The translations under genes and the position numbers were made by a program. Shown piece after piece: positions 12,453-25,145 of a DNA stretch of 64,000 nt. This DNA comes from Antedon mediterranea (taxonomy: Eukaryota; Animalia; Echinodermata): NCBI RefSeq assembly GCF_964355755.1, contig NC_092677.1:24849175-24913174 (forward strand). Direction: 5' to 3'. Position 1 is the stretch's first letter. Each line of letters starts with the position of its first letter. The notes beneath the pieces were generated by a model, which had not been told where the DNA came from, did not search any database, and was given only the letters and a program-made list of their open reading frames with translations.

Positions 12453-14199
12453 AGTTCTACAGACTAGAAGCATATTGCTGTAATGCTGCGAAAAACGAAC
12501 GAGCAGAACGTCTTTACATAGAAATCATAAAAGAAACGAACTAACAGAACGTGTTTATATAGAAATCATAAAAGAAACTAAACAATAATCTGAAGGACCA
12601 TGAACTACTGTAATTTGATCAAATATAAGCGTAATGGTGGAGGAGTATATGTATATATCATATATGAAGGAAGGAATCTCACAGAGAAGATCTCAATCTA
12701 GACTTTTTAAAGTATTTAAAAATAAATGATAAATTTACTCATCGCAAGCATATACAGACCACTTGATTTTGTTGACAAGTAGAAAAATATGCTTGAAAGC
12801 TAATGAGAACAATTAAGAACTATTGTAACCGTGGGGTTTCCGTATGATGTCTCCTTATCGTTTATTTGTTTTTTCCTATATAGCCTAGTCTGGTGGATGT
12901 CACACAATCTGTGGATTGACCCAAAACAAATTGCAACAGTTTCAAAACTTATTTTTTCTGATTCTGTAGTTATTGGAGTGTTTTATTTTCAAAATCTACT
13001 AAAATCGGTTTAGTGGAACATATATTTTAGTGGTCATTAGAGGTAATTGGTAATAATCAATATTTAGCAATATAAACTAAGATTGATATATTATCTACTA
13101 GCATGGTTGGTACCACATGGTAGCTACTTCAATTATCTACCCAATGATATCAAATATATCACATTTACATGTGATTAAAGTAGGCCTATATTTTTTGCAC
13201 TTTGTTGTGAAAAAAATATTATTTCCTTCTTAGTCAAGGACCTGAGTAAGATATGTATGCAATTAATTTAGGAGAGAATATCTCAATTGTTATAGGTTGA
13301 TTTGACCCCAAAGAACAACATGGGATGTGTGGAAAATTTGCTATCTGGGAAGAAAATGGCTAAAATCGGGGTCAAATGTTAAAGATGTGTGGTTTTTATA
13401 TCTTGACAACCACTTGTCATAGACATTTATTTTCATATTTGATCTAACACAACTTCTTTTAGACATAAAATGACCGAAAATTATTTTACTTACCTTTGAC
13501 CCAAAAAATGTTGAGAATTTCTAGTGGGGGCCTCTGTATTTTTAAGATTTCTCGAAAATAGAGACCACAAAATTGAAAATATTTAATAAGAAAGCTATTT
13601 AAAAAAATGTGCATAATTTAACTTACACATATTTTTGGTTTGTATATTTATATAATATTAAATAATTAGTGTTTGGAAGAACTGTTGGGTATCAAATTAA
13701 AGCTCATGAAATATGCTTCTAAATATTGTGTTCTAATGAAGATCTGTGTTTTTGAGAAATCTTGAAAACAGAGAATCTTTTTAGGCCTAAATGTCCCAAT
13801 ATTATTGTGTGATTATCGATATTTCTCGAAAATAGAGATTGCCACTGAAGTTTTCAATACTGTGTTCTTTAGGAAGGTCTCTGTTTTTTAAAATAAATTT
13901 CAAAAACAGAGATCACAAGATATCTCGAAACACAGAACCCCACTAAAACTTCTCAATCTTATGTTCTAGGGTCCGTCCCAGAGATTTTTGTAAAATAAGA
14001 GATCACCAATAAACATTTCGATATTATGTTCTTTAGAAAACGTTTCTGATTTTAAAAAATCTTGAAAACCGAGACCACCTTATAGAATAAAACATTGAAA
14101 TATGTAGTATGGGTATATTAGTAAGATTGTCTCTGTTTTCAAGAAATCTCGAAAACACAGACCCCCATTGAAACTTTTTAAATTCCCAATATTGGGTTA

Positions 14200-14360
14200 A
14201 GCTCTGTCTATACTATCAAACTTTATGTGACAAAAAAAATGTGAGGTGCCCAAATATGGTAGTGATATGCTTAATTAGGGTAGTGGTATGACATCATCAT
14301 GTCCATATATGGGCACATCACATTTTTTTCTCACATAAAGCTTGATAGTGTAGACACAGA
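14200..14360. mobile_element. MITE, AGCTCTGTCTACACTATCAAAC family
   Basis: agctctgtctatactatcaaac...gcttgatagtgtagacacag. Further copies at 51992-52152, 56528-56622 (partial) and 61520-61597 (partial). Confidence 0.75.
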
Positions 14361-15370
14361 TTCAGATTCAGATTCAGATTCCATTTATTAAGTCATCATA
14401 CATAGTATAATGATAATTGTTTTCTTGGCAGAAAAACACAAGCAAAACAATACACACATAATATTTACATTCGTGATCAACTTGGAACTAACAACAACAA
14501 CAACAGCAACTGATCAAGCAATATAAAATATAACAGACCTAATGACCTATCTTTGAAACTCATTGTGTAGTTTAATAGCGGGGGGTCGCTATTGTCAGGA
14601 CTTCTTGAAAACGAACAACCCACTAAAAATATTGTCAATATTGTATTCATACTGGGTCTCTGTTGTGCGGTTTTCGAAAACAGACTACTAAAAGTTTACA
14701 ATATTACGCTTTACGATTGTTGTTGTTTTGTCGTAAAACACAGTAGGGGTTTTGAGAGACCTTGGGAACAGGGGGACCAACCTAACACAATTATTGAAAA
14801 CTTTTACTGTGAACAGAGATCTCTACTAAAAAATCTTCTGAATTTTGTATTCTGTACCGGGTCTCTGTTTTACTGTTTTTGAAAATAGGAAACACACACA
14901 CACACACACACAAGAAGTTCACAATATTATGTTCAAGAGGGTGGTGTTTCTCAGTTTCTGTGAAAATATGAAAACAGAGATTCCTACTACAATTTTCAAT
15001 ATTGCGTTTTAGGTGGAGTCTTTTGTTTTCAATATTACTTAAAAACATAGACCCCACTAAACTGTCAATATTATGTCATTTATACAGTACAGTAAGGGGA
15101 GCAGGCTGGGTTACATATATGTAAACATGTTACGTTTGCTATCATTAGATAGATAATTGAAATATGATACTTCACTTGATAAAATATGTTATACCATTCA
15201 TTAGTCGTATCTAAAAAACTGATTAATACCAAATTTGACCTCTAATGACCCCTAAATTATATGTTCCACTAACCAGATTTTGGTAGATTTTGAAAAGAAA
15301 GTTTCCTACTAGGTACTGAATCAGATAACAAAGGTTTGATAACTATTGCAATTTCTTTTCGGTTACCCCC

Positions 15371-15495
15371 TTTTTAGTCGCGTGGACGCGACTCTATAGT
15401 TCACTATGTCGGTCGGTCGGTCGGTCTGTCGGTCTGTCTGTCGGTCCGGTATCACTATGCATTTTAGCACGCGACTTATGGCTGTTGGCCTTGTT
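15371..15495 (+). mobile_element. Short Helentron-associated interspersed element (HINE/DINE-1-like)
   Basis: tttttagtcgcgtggacgcgactc hairpin, (gtcg/gtct)n microsatellite, repeated acgcgact subterminal motif, ending ggccttgtt. Confidence 0.6.
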
Positions 15496-15649
15496 ATTCA
15501 TAGATGGCCTGGATTAACAGTTAACAGTACAATATATATTTGAATATAGGCTATACAACTAGCGTATAAATATGAGTCTTTATTTAATATATCACTATAT
15601 CATCAAATGTATACAGACTGATTGTGGCTGCACAAAAAAAAAAAAAATC

Positions 15650-17050
15650 AATTCGACTAAACTTCAATCTATATTAAATTGTATTCTTTCTAGATCTCTA
15701 ACTGTGTAATTCTTTTCTGTCCAAAAACTATCTTCCTCCTTGCCAGTAGGTTCACATTTAAGGAACGGTCCTAATTAATATGCATGTATGTTTATAATAA
15801 TGTAAATAAAAACAATAGACACAAAACTTTTAGAAATTGTAAACTTTATTTATTCTTTATCGGAGAATTAAATAAAAATATGAAATGAATGACTTAAATA
15901 AAGGAAAAAATGGAAATAAATTGTCGGATAGATAATTAAGAAAATAACGTCACAAGTGAGATAAGAAAAAGAGTTCGCAAATATTGAATATTAATATAAG
16001 CATTAAAATGATTCTAAGAAACTAGGGAACGAATGAACAAAATCACCAGGTAAGAATAAAAACGGAAATACGACTAATCCAAATTTGATTGCAGTGCATT
16101 TATTGATATTTTTACTAAAATTTCATTAAATATTCATTTGAAAATCTAGATTCAAATTCAAGCTGGAATAATCCAGAATGTAGATATACATTTCTATTTA
16201 CAAAAATTGAAATTAAATAAGTATAATATAAAGCAATTTATCCAACAATAGAAATGATCTCTTTGACTTTGATAGTTCAAAATCAAATGCATTATGTAAC
16301 ATATAAAATATGTCGTTAATGAAAGGAGAAATTCTAGAGGATGAAAAATTGCAAAAACTACGCCTATATAAAGGAAAAGACAAGTTTGTCATGTTTCTAG
16401 AGTTCTAGAAAGAATCATACAGAATCAATGAACTGATTATCTAAACAAATACAATTTAATCAAAATATCAATAAGCATTTCGAAAAGATCACTCAACAAT
16501 CACTTGCTTTCATACGGTGATTGATGAATGGATTGAATCGTTAAATGTTTAGACATTTACAAATGCTTCATTATGATGAGATTAAATGGTTTAAAAATTA
16601 CCTTAAGTGGATATTTAAAAAAAGAAGAAAGAAACATTGAAATCGGAATCTCACAAGGATATGGTCCTGGCCCAGTTCTCTTTTTTATTTTCATTACCGA
16701 CATATCACAGTCTGTTACAAATGGCTCCTGCTATGTATATTTATATATATATGTTGGGAGTTGTTATGTATGTTTCAGAAGAAAAAACAATTGATAAAAC
16801 TAGCTATAATCTACAGATATGTACAAATATGTTAACAAATAAATGAATACAGATAAAACTAAAAGCATGTTAGAAAGAATTAAGAAGTTTATTTTTGAAA
16901 TTTACTATCTAAGCTTTCATACACTTTAATATAATAATAAAAACAAATGTGTGTAAATACTTTATTCATCATAACATAACATAAACAATAAAACTTCATT
17001 AATAAATGTGACAAAAAAGACCACAATACATCCATGTAGGCCTAATGGTA
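15650..17050 (+). mobile_element. Highly decayed LINE reverse-transcriptase fragment
   Basis: GISQGYGPGPVLFFIFITD in ORF 16573-16794 is a decayed RT GVPQGSxLGPxLFxIYIND motif. Many stops and frameshifts; boundaries are approximate. Confidence 0.6.
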
Positions 17051-17139
17051 TCTCAGTTTGGGGTAACGTTTGGGGTAACGGTAGAATTCAATGTTTGCTT
17101 CAGTGAATGATGTTTAAATCACTACATGTCACAGAGGGA

Positions 17140-17203
17140 TGCTTATATCGTATTCAATGTACCCATTCTTGATCCAAACACATTTTGCCGATTCTGCTGT
17201 TTC
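17140..17203 (-). pseudogene. Small relic of an MT2-like methyltransferase gene
   Basis: ttatatcgtattcaatgtacccattcttgatccaaacacattttgccgattctgctgttt is nearly identical to MT2 10510-10573 (AAESAKGVWIK..GYIGYDI). Confidence 0.7.
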
Positions 17204-17463
17204 TATATGAAACTCTAGGCGTTCTATCACTGTTTATGCTAACTTCAATAAAAAAAATCCATTTTGATGCATGCTTCATCATAAAAATAGTGCGTTGTTT
17301 TCACTCTCCGGAGCGGTACCGTGGTCATGTGATTTTCGACCAATCACGTTCACGTATTTAGGCTATGTTAATATACAGAATATGTTCATCTCCTAAATGA
17401 TTGTGACGTGCCATTCCAATGCTTTCTTATTTAAATAGAACAAGAAAAAGATAATGAAAGTCA

Positions 17464-18312
17464 TTACTTCTTTACCCAAACCATGAAGCACATACTTAGA
17501 TTCTGTTGGTGGATTGTAATATACTTTTCATCCAAATCACGTAGTGCTCCATCCTTCGGAATTTGAAATTCGACCTCGTCGTTCGTAAACAAGCATGTAA
17601 ATCCAGCATGTTCGGCAATTCTAGAAAAGATTTCAGGTGAACCATCTTCATTGTTGTCTCCGTAGATCAAGAACGAACCCGCAACAGCATTAGATAGGAG
17701 ATCCGTCAGATTTTCCTCAAAACTAGCCAAGGATTTAACTACGCTTACAAACTTAATCAGCAGTATAACTTTTGCTGAATTCACTATATTCTTTACTATA
17801 TTTCTCGCATTATATTTACCTATATCATATCCAAGGCAGTCGTAATTTATCTGATCATTCTCGAATAGATCTAAATCCTGCCGAAAGGAATCCCACACGT
17901 TCTTCCACTTATAGCATTTATCAACAACCGTTGCATTAAGAATCAATTGTTTATCAATCTTATGCTTGTCTTTCATCAAGCTTCGCATGTACCTATAAAA
18001 TCCAAGTACATCGGTTCCTGGACCACCACCAATGGAACAAACATTTAGCTCTAACGATTCTGCTTGGTCATTTAAACCAAAATAACGATAAGGGTTTAAA
18101 TCGAACATGTCAAGTCCATATTTAACCGAATAACAAAAAGCTGGAAAGTACATAAACATGTATGCGGCTTGGTGTATAGGATCATCGAATCGAATGTTTA
18201 CATACCTTTCATTTCTCTCTGAATCAGACAAAAACTGTAATATACGACGCATTTCGTCGTTGATTATATCCTGATGAGCGGCAGCTGCAATAGGTAGGAC
18301 TGGCATTTCCAT
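17464..18312 (-). CDS. Methyltransferase-like copy MT3 (subfamily B; probable start MEMPV at 18312)
   Basis: Within ORF 17464-18459: HQAAYMFMYF, VCSIGGGPGTD, VVDK, YDIG, KFVSVV, LIYGDN, MCFMVWVKK. Confidence 0.85.
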   Translation of the reverse strand: MEMPVLPIAAAAHQDIINDEMRRILQFLSDSERNERYVNIRFDDPIHQAAYMFMYFPAFCYSVKYGLDMFDLNPYRYFGLNDQAESLELNVCSIGGGPGTDVLGFYRYMRSLMKDKHKIDKQLILNATVVDKCYKWKNVWDSFRQDLDLFENDQINYDCLGYDIGKYNARNIVKNIVNSAKVILLIKFVSVVKSLASFEENLTDLLSNAVAGSFLIYGDNNEDGSPEIFSRIAEHAGFTCLFTNDEVEFQIPKDGALRDLDEKYITIHQQNLSMCFMVWVKK

Positions 18313-19089
18313 ATTGCACACACAACTTGTATTTAGAGAAATACAGATGTCGGCTTTTCTCTTACGTGAAAACATGTTGAAATAAAATATTCTGGATTTG
18401 AAGATTATACGTTTCTCAGAAAAATATATATTGTAATTCAATCTGGGATGACAAGCCAAAATAGTTAGAAGCCAGCAGCCGATAATTTGTGAAAAATTAT
18501 GAATTAAAAATGTTCATTACATTAAAATCAATCAGTAGGCCTACATCGACTGATAGAAACTAGCAACAGCATTTCATTCAGCTTGTGAATACTGTATACT
18601 AGAAGCATTGATGCGCATCAAAATATAATCAATATAATAACCATTGATTTATTCTTTAGTGCCGAGTGTTTACTGGCTACCTGGGCGGAGAGTACCTTTT
18701 ATTTACTAAGCGCCTTTTAAGCGCTATACAGAGTTAATTTAAACAAGTCTAACTTTCATACATTACTTTGGAAACAAGTGACGTTTTTTAAATAATTGAG
18801 AATTAAGACTAAAGCTGTAATTACTTCTATTTTTTACATCAATTGAGGACCATGGAGAGAGAAAATACACTCACCAAAAACCTGTTTAGTGACATAGTAT
18901 TAACGGAAATTCTAGCAAAATCAACACACACACACACATTGAGAGCTGATATTAAATTAGCTAAGTCTTCAGTGACAGGGACTACAGGTTTTTTTTCCCC
19001 AAGTTCAACTCTCGTCAAAGGGAGACTTTATTCTGTAGGCCTATATAGGCAACGTGGCCTTAAAACATAAACATTTCTTAGTGACTGTG

Positions 19090-19540
19090 GCAAATAAAAT
19101 GTTCGTTTCTTGACAGCACATACAACAACATTTGCTAATAACTTAATCGTATTTGGGTTTGTAGACCTAAATAATGAAACAAAGTAGAACATATTTGAAA
19201 TATAATTTGGAATGCGACTATTTCTTTCTTGATTATATTCTTCTTTGTTATAATGTCTCCAAATACGTTCCGGGTCGGGCACATTCATCTATTTGCCTAT
19301 TTGGGCTTCTAAATTCAGAATACCAAGTCTTGCTTTAGTTAACATAATGATGTGGAGTGGATTTTTCAATACAGAGAATAGTCTTACATTGTCGGTAAAT
19401 GGAAAGGGATGCATAATTATTAATTGAATCTTGCCAGTTTTGTAGGTCAATATCCTTACATCTCTGGCTGAAAGTTGAAATAAAATACCGTACATAATAT
19501 TTGTAGTGCCTTGGGCTAGCCATAGATCACCGAAACCATA
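19090..19540 (-). mobile_element. Decayed 3' end of a non-LTR retrotransposon ORF2
   Basis: Frameshifted pieces FSQRCKDIDLQNWQDSINN...IYRQCKTILCIEK, LNLEAQIGK, NVPDPERI, NTIKLLA resemble the C-terminal tail of RTE-X/L2-type LINEs. Confidence 0.55.
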
Positions 19541-20229
19541 TGCATAAAGATCACATTTTATTTGTAATTGTTGTTTCTGAGAAGCAGTTAAGGCCAGTTT
19601 ACACAGACGAGCGGTACATTTAAGGTTACTTACCCGGATAAGTTTGTTTTTTTTTATTGGAAAAGTTAACGCTAACTTTTGATAACATGGTAGGGATCTA
19701 ACTTACCCGGGTAAGCAAGCCGGCTGGACCGGCTTATAATAGACACGGCCACACATAAAACAGAGGGCGCTCACCAAACTAAATACAGTACACGAATCTG
19801 AATGAACGTTGAGTTGCGCCACCACAGATAGCTGACCTGTATATTATGTTGTAAAGTAAGACTGGAGATAATACACTACATATCTATTTGCTGTGCAAGC
19901 AATGTTTTAATCTTTTTAGTACAAAGGCATATTTGATAAAATCCTTATGTAAACATAACACAACTAGACCTACATCACGACAAATTTAACCCAATATGTA
20001 ACCATTCATTTATTAGTAATTTATTAGTACTATATTCAAATTATAATGCAATACCATTCTTGACCTTAAATAATATATTTCTAAATTTACATACTCTTGG
20101 TTTAATATTTATATATAATATATATAATAATTTTTGGCAAATACTTTTTTGTTATTCCTCATCCGTGACTCGTTAAAAATAAAATACTAACTTATAGTCT
20201 GAAGTGATGATATTTAGTCTACGTTATTA

Positions 20230-21117
20230 TTAGTCTTTCTTGAAAATCATAAACTGCATGTCCAGCAACTTCTGATAATTATAAACACCATACCGCTGTA
20301 CAAGTTCATCAAGATAGTCTTCGTCTGGAACAGGGTTGAACTGATTCTCTTTGTACTTTTTAATAACTTTAAATCCTGAAGCAGAAGCAATTTCTAAAAG
20401 GACTTCAGTATTTCCACCACTAAGGTTATCTCCGTAGATCAAGTAAGAACTCCTTGATGCATTACGCAGAAGACACTTCAGGTTGTGCTTGAAATGTCGC
20501 AGGCCCTTAGCAGCGCTCACAAACTTGTACATCAGTATGATATCCGCTTCGGATACGCGGGATTTGATCCCTTCCGTGGCAAGGCAGTTGATATCTTGTC
20601 GACGGTACCGTATATGGATTCGATCGGAATCAGTAGGTCTCAGTTGGTCTTTAACGGCACGCCAGGCTCCTTTCCATCTTCGGTATTTATCGATAACCGT
20701 AGCATCAAGAACTACGTTTCTGCTTCTTCGTTTTAGAAAACTCTGCAGATAGATATACAAGCCAAGTACATCTGTTCCTGGACCACCTCCAATAGAGCAC
20801 ACCTTCAGGTTCAAGTCTCCTTCTTCGCCTTCTTGATGCCAAACTGAAGGGTCTAAATTCAGCCTATGAATTCCATATCCAACAGAATAGCAAAGAGCAC
20901 TGAAGTACTGAAACATGTACGCCGCCTGGTATCTCCGATCGTTGAAATCAACTGAACTGCTCCGAGATAAAGCCCGATTATCCGTGTACGACTTCGACAA
21001 TTCAATTATGACATCGTGCATATCTTTATCGCTTATTTTACACTTGTTTTTCTTTTCATATTTTCGTATCAAAGCCAAATGAGCTTCACGAGCAATGAGC
21101 AACACTGATTTTTCCAT
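20230..21117 (-). CDS. Methyltransferase-like copy MT4 (295 aa), recent duplicate of MT1
   Basis: Nearly identical to MT1 over its full length, with all family motifs intact and flanks also duplicated. Confidence 0.85.
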   Translation of the reverse strand: MEKSVLLIAREAHLALIRKYEKKNKCKISDKDMHDVIIELSKSYTDNRALSRSSSVDFNDRRYQAAYMFQYFSALCYSVGYGIHRLNLDPSVWHQEGEEGDLNLKVCSIGGGPGTDVLGLYIYLQSFLKRRSRNVVLDATVIDKYRRWKGAWRAVKDQLRPTDSDRIHIRYRRQDINCLATEGIKSRVSEADIILMYKFVSAAKGLRHFKHNLKCLLRNASRSSYLIYGDNLSGGNTEVLLEIASASGFKVIKKYKENQFNPVPDEDYLDELVQRYGVYNYQKLLDMQFMIFKKD

Positions 21118-21677
21118 CTTGTAGGCTTACCGCTTAGGGCCTAAATGAATTTTCCCGCCTTTATAATCTGATACGGACCGCTTAATAACTGAAATTGAAT
21201 TACCCGCCTTTATAATCACACGTCACGAGTAATATTCTATTATTAGAAATATGGAATTTCCAAAATGATCGTTTTAGTTTCATGACGTCATAGTATTGAT
21301 CGATAACAGCATAAGCGTTCTAATATCTATCCATTATCAATAACGTGAAAACGATTATAATACGTGTCGGTAATACATCAATATAATACATCAATATAAC
21401 TAAAGTTATACTGAAATAATCAGTGACCATTTTTTTTAAAGTAAGCTAAATAACTTACATGACGTAGGTCTAATCGGTTTCAAACAGAAAACATGTTTTT
21501 CGCATTAAATCGCACAACTCCATCGTGAAATAATAGCTAGAACATTCATATATATATATAGGCCAATATTTGTAAAAGTTTTATATATTTTTTATTATAT
21601 GTGAGCCGGCATTTCAACATTTATGACGGTGATGCTGCAGCCGCCTTTATTTTAATTCTTCTACATAATTTACCATA

Positions 21678-22592
21678 CTATGTTTTGGTCCAAAGCATAA
21701 ATTTCATATGTAGTTTTCGTTGGTAATTGAATTTGTAACGCTTTTCAAGATTAGGCCTACCTAGATATGATTTCAAACGACGAAGTCTAATGAAATTCTT
21801 CTTTATTTGCTGTTTGAGTTTGAACTCGGCTTCGTTGGCAATTTTCTTGATGATTCGATTACACGAGCCCCATGAATTGTCACCGTAAATCAAGTACGAT
21901 TTGTGGGGCGCATTGTGGAGAAGTTCTGTCAAGTTTCTCTCGAAATTAGGCAGTCCATCAACAGCGCTTACAACCTTGAATAACATGATAACATTCGCTT
22001 TGGAGATGCATGATGTTACCTCGTCTGTCAGAGGGTCATTGATATCATGTTCAATGTACTTAATATAAATCTCCAGATCAGAATCAATACAATTCAATTT
22101 CTTCTGAAATTCTATCAATACCTGCTCCCAACCATCGAATTTGTCAATAATCGTAGCGTTAAGAATCAGTTTTCTGTCTGGAAATAAACCTCGTAAGTAA
22201 ATATATAATCCAAGTACATCGGTTCCTGGGCCACCACCAATAGAGACGACATTTAGCCTTAATGCTTTCCTATTTCGTTGCCAAACCGAAGATTCTAAAT
22301 CGAACAATGGAGTGTTGAAATCTTCTGACATAATACCCAGTCCAAAAGTAACTGAATAGCAAAATGCTGGGAAGTATAGAAACAGATAGGCTGCTTGGTA
22401 TCTGCGATCGTTGAAATCAACCGACTCACCTTTTTTCAGACGATCACCCTTATACGATTCACACAAATCACGTATAAGTGTACCAACATCTTCGTAGCTT
22501 AATGTATAGTTCATGTCATATTCATATTCTTCGAGCAAAGACAAGTGAACACGACGAGAAAAAGTAAATAGTGTTCGGTCCCAGTCTTCCAT
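21678..22592 (-). CDS. Methyltransferase-like copy MT5 (subfamily A; probable start MEDWD at 22592)
   Basis: SVDFNDRRYQAAYLFLYF, VVSIGGGPGTD, IIDKF, HDIN, KVVSAV, LIYGDN. The ATG is in caaaATG context. Confidence 0.85.
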   Translation of the reverse strand: MEDWDRTLFTFSRRVHLSLLEEYEYDMNYTLSYEDVGTLIRDLCESYKGDRLKKGESVDFNDRRYQAAYLFLYFPAFCYSVTFGLGIMSEDFNTPLFDLESSVWQRNRKALRLNVVSIGGGPGTDVLGLYIYLRGLFPDRKLILNATIIDKFDGWEQVLIEFQKKLNCIDSDLEIYIKYIEHDINDPLTDEVTSCISKANVIMLFKVVSAVDGLPNFERNLTELLHNAPHKSYLIYGDNSWGSCNRIIKKIANEAEFKLKQQIKKNFIRLRRLKSYLGRPNLEKRYKFNYQRKLHMKFMLWTKT

Positions 22593-24179
22593 TTTGCCAC
22601 GTATGATGTGTATAATAAATACCACTTCGCGCCAATAGGTTCACGGATGAATAAACGTTATGTTTAAAATGACATCTATATATAAATTTACGTAAGGGCA
22701 AAATTCGGTAAATCGCGCGTTATTTCTAGAATGTTTACTCGATGGTATTTAAAGTTGGTTAGAATCTCGGTACTGATTTTAACCACCTGATGTAACCCGG
22801 TTTACTAATTAAATTTAGTTAGATAATTAGTTATTGACAATTAAAACGAATTTAAGTTCAACGATCTGCCCCAAATAGGGGTGTTTTCCGATCGTGGTAT
22901 ACACTGTCTAATGGATGTCTTCTTGACCCCTTCTTGAAAAACACCTGCACACAATAATACGAAGATGATTCGCATTTTCCTATCTCCTCCTACGATAATT
23001 GTTTTTAATAGCTGAAAACCGGTTGAACAGCTCGAGTACAGTATCATAATGTTGAAGACAGGCCGTAAAAAAATTATTTTGATAGATTTAATATACGTTT
23101 ATACAAATGTATTGATCTGCGATAAATGGAACATTCCAATCTCTGTTCCACAAGTGTCTATTCCCTCAGGCGTCGTAAAGACAAGTACTGTACAGTCATA
23201 ACAGAAATTCGATCCATTTTATACAATCTGTGCTGCAGAGGTTGGATATACTGTAGGTGTTTTTTTAACGGATAATGAGCTAGCCTTTCCAGTCGCCGTC
23301 TATTATGTACAATCATCTTTATTATTGCAGTTAAACCACCACCCACACCACCACCCTCCCCCTCACTGGCATGAGTAGCGTTGTAAAGCCAGTAGAGGAT
23401 AGACCTACAGTACAAAGGATCACATGCCCTAAACGCAGAACAACTTTGGTGGTTAGGAACCTGCAACGTAAGTATGAATTGGCTCTAAGAAACAATTGAA
23501 AACCATTAGACCTACTAATTAAGTTGAGTTAGATAATTATTTATTGACGATTAAAGCGAATTTACGATTTCCCCGGAATAGAGGTGTTTACTTTATTACT
23601 GACAGTTCCTTCTGAACGTTTATATTAAATAATAATGTAATTACTGTACAAAAAATATAAACATCGTATTAGTGATGTATCGTTACATGTACTGTACTAT
23701 TTCAATCGACTATACGGTGACAGTTTCAACAAAGTATTTTAATACTTTGTAAAAATGTTTTAAAAATAGCAATGTTTTACTGTGTTTAGTCATGGACGTA
23801 TAAATACCTCCATGGTTTAGTGGTATATTATTTGTAAAAAAAATTGTTCGTCTTTGCACCCATCCTCTTCCCCATCCATCAACCCTCATGTTGCATACAA
23901 AACACAAATTCAGTTTGTTGTTTCAAAACAATTGGTCTTATTTTGTGACAAGTTTCTCTTCTGGAAGTAATTTCCAGGGTGCCAATTTTAGTTGAGTACA
24001 TAAATCACCGTGTCTATTTATTCGTTCCTGTAAACGACATGTATTATTGTCCTGCATGTACATTTGAAGTCGCAAGTTTTTTAACACTGAAATTACTATG
24101 CATTCGAGAACCATCTGTGGGCACGACCTAGATGGTACGCGAGCGTAAATTAATGATTTTCAGACTTTTCGTCACGTCA

Positions 24180-25073
24180 CTAATACATGTATAAATCTTT
24201 TTTTTGCCAAAGCATATAACACATGGTGAGCCTCTTTTGATAACCAACGTAGTAATAGTCTTCAAGCAGATTAAGGTAACGTCTGTCAGCTTTTGGTAGA
24301 TTACAACCCTTTATAGTCATTGTTTTAGGATATGTAAGCATCCTAAATCCGGCATGTGATGCCATTTTTTCAACAGTAACTTGTAATTTTCTGCTTATCC
24401 CATCCCCGTATATCAAGTACGCATTTGGGCGCGCTTCTTCGAGGAGATAAGTCAACATGTTCCCGATATTTCGAAGGCCTTTAACTGCGCTTACAAACTT
24501 GTATAGCAGTATAACATCTGCATTATAGATATCATTACGGACATGATATTTTGCCTCTTTAGTGATATCGTGTCTGATATACCGCATCTGGATCCGAGAA
24601 GAATCCACATAATCTAGAACGGCACCCCAGGCTTCTTTCCAATCATATTTATCAATTACAGTAGCATCCAATTTCACATTTATGTTTTCGTTACGCAGGT
24701 ACATATATAATCCAAGTAAATCAGTTCCTGGACCTCCTCCAATCGAACAAACCTTTAATGTTGTAGGCCGCCTATGTACACCATTTTGTCGAAAAATGTC
24801 CTTAAGATACCATTTGAAATTCAAGTTTTGAAGTACAATTTCAACTGAATGACAAATTGCTGGAAAGTACAGATACATATATGCTGCTTGATATAGTGAG
24901 TCGTTAAAATTAACTGAGTCACTGTTCTTCAGCCTGGTACCTTGGTATGATTCAGACAACGTTCGTATACATTTCTCTATTTCATCATCGCTTATTTCAC
25001 AATTGTTTTCCTCTTCACACTTTTGGAGCAATGATAAATGAGCATAATAAGAAATTTCTGGTACCGACTTCAT
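24180..25073 (-). CDS. Methyltransferase-like copy MT6 (297 aa, subfamily A)
   Basis: SVNFNDSLYQAAYMYLYF, VCSIGGGPGTD, VIDKY, HDIT, KFVSAV, LIYGD. Confidence 0.85.
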   Translation of the reverse strand: MKSVPEISYYAHLSLLQKCEEENNCEISDDEIEKCIRTLSESYQGTRLKNSDSVNFNDSLYQAAYMYLYFPAICHSVEIVLQNLNFKWYLKDIFRQNGVHRRPTTLKVCSIGGGPGTDLLGLYMYLRNENINVKLDATVIDKYDWKEAWGAVLDYVDSSRIQMRYIRHDITKEAKYHVRNDIYNADVILLYKFVSAVKGLRNIGNMLTYLLEEARPNAYLIYGDGISRKLQVTVEKMASHAGFRMLTYPKTMTIKGCNLPKADRRYLNLLEDYYYVGYQKRLTMCYMLWQKKDLYMY

Positions 25074-25145
25074 TTTACCGACTGCATTTTACCAACTTCA
25101 TTTTACCGACTGCATTTTACCAACTTCATTTTACCGACTGCATTT
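25062..25145. repeat. 14-bp tandem repeat (x6) of the MT6 start-codon context
   Basis: Alternating cattttaccgactg / cattttaccaactt units put minus-strand ATGs at 25073, 25087, 25101, 25115, 25129 and 25143. Confidence 0.9.

Larger units (their letters stand above)
12885..15520. mobile_element. ~2.6-kb degenerate non-autonomous DNA transposon with long imperfect TIRs and internal ~60-bp subrepeats
   Basis: About 12920-13070 (aaattgcaacagtt...aaaatctactaaaatcggtttagtggaacatat...gtcattagaggt) is the inverted copy of about 15210-15365. Many ctcgaaaacagaga...tcaatattatgttct variants lie at 13500-15075. Confidence 0.6.

Noticed and set aside
22780-23590. Possible gene remnant between two ~100-bp direct repeats (about 22803-22890 and 23513-23590), including ORFs 22841-23047 and 23158-23466
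   Set aside because: The direct repeat is real, but the ORFs show no recognisable family motif, so no call can be supported.
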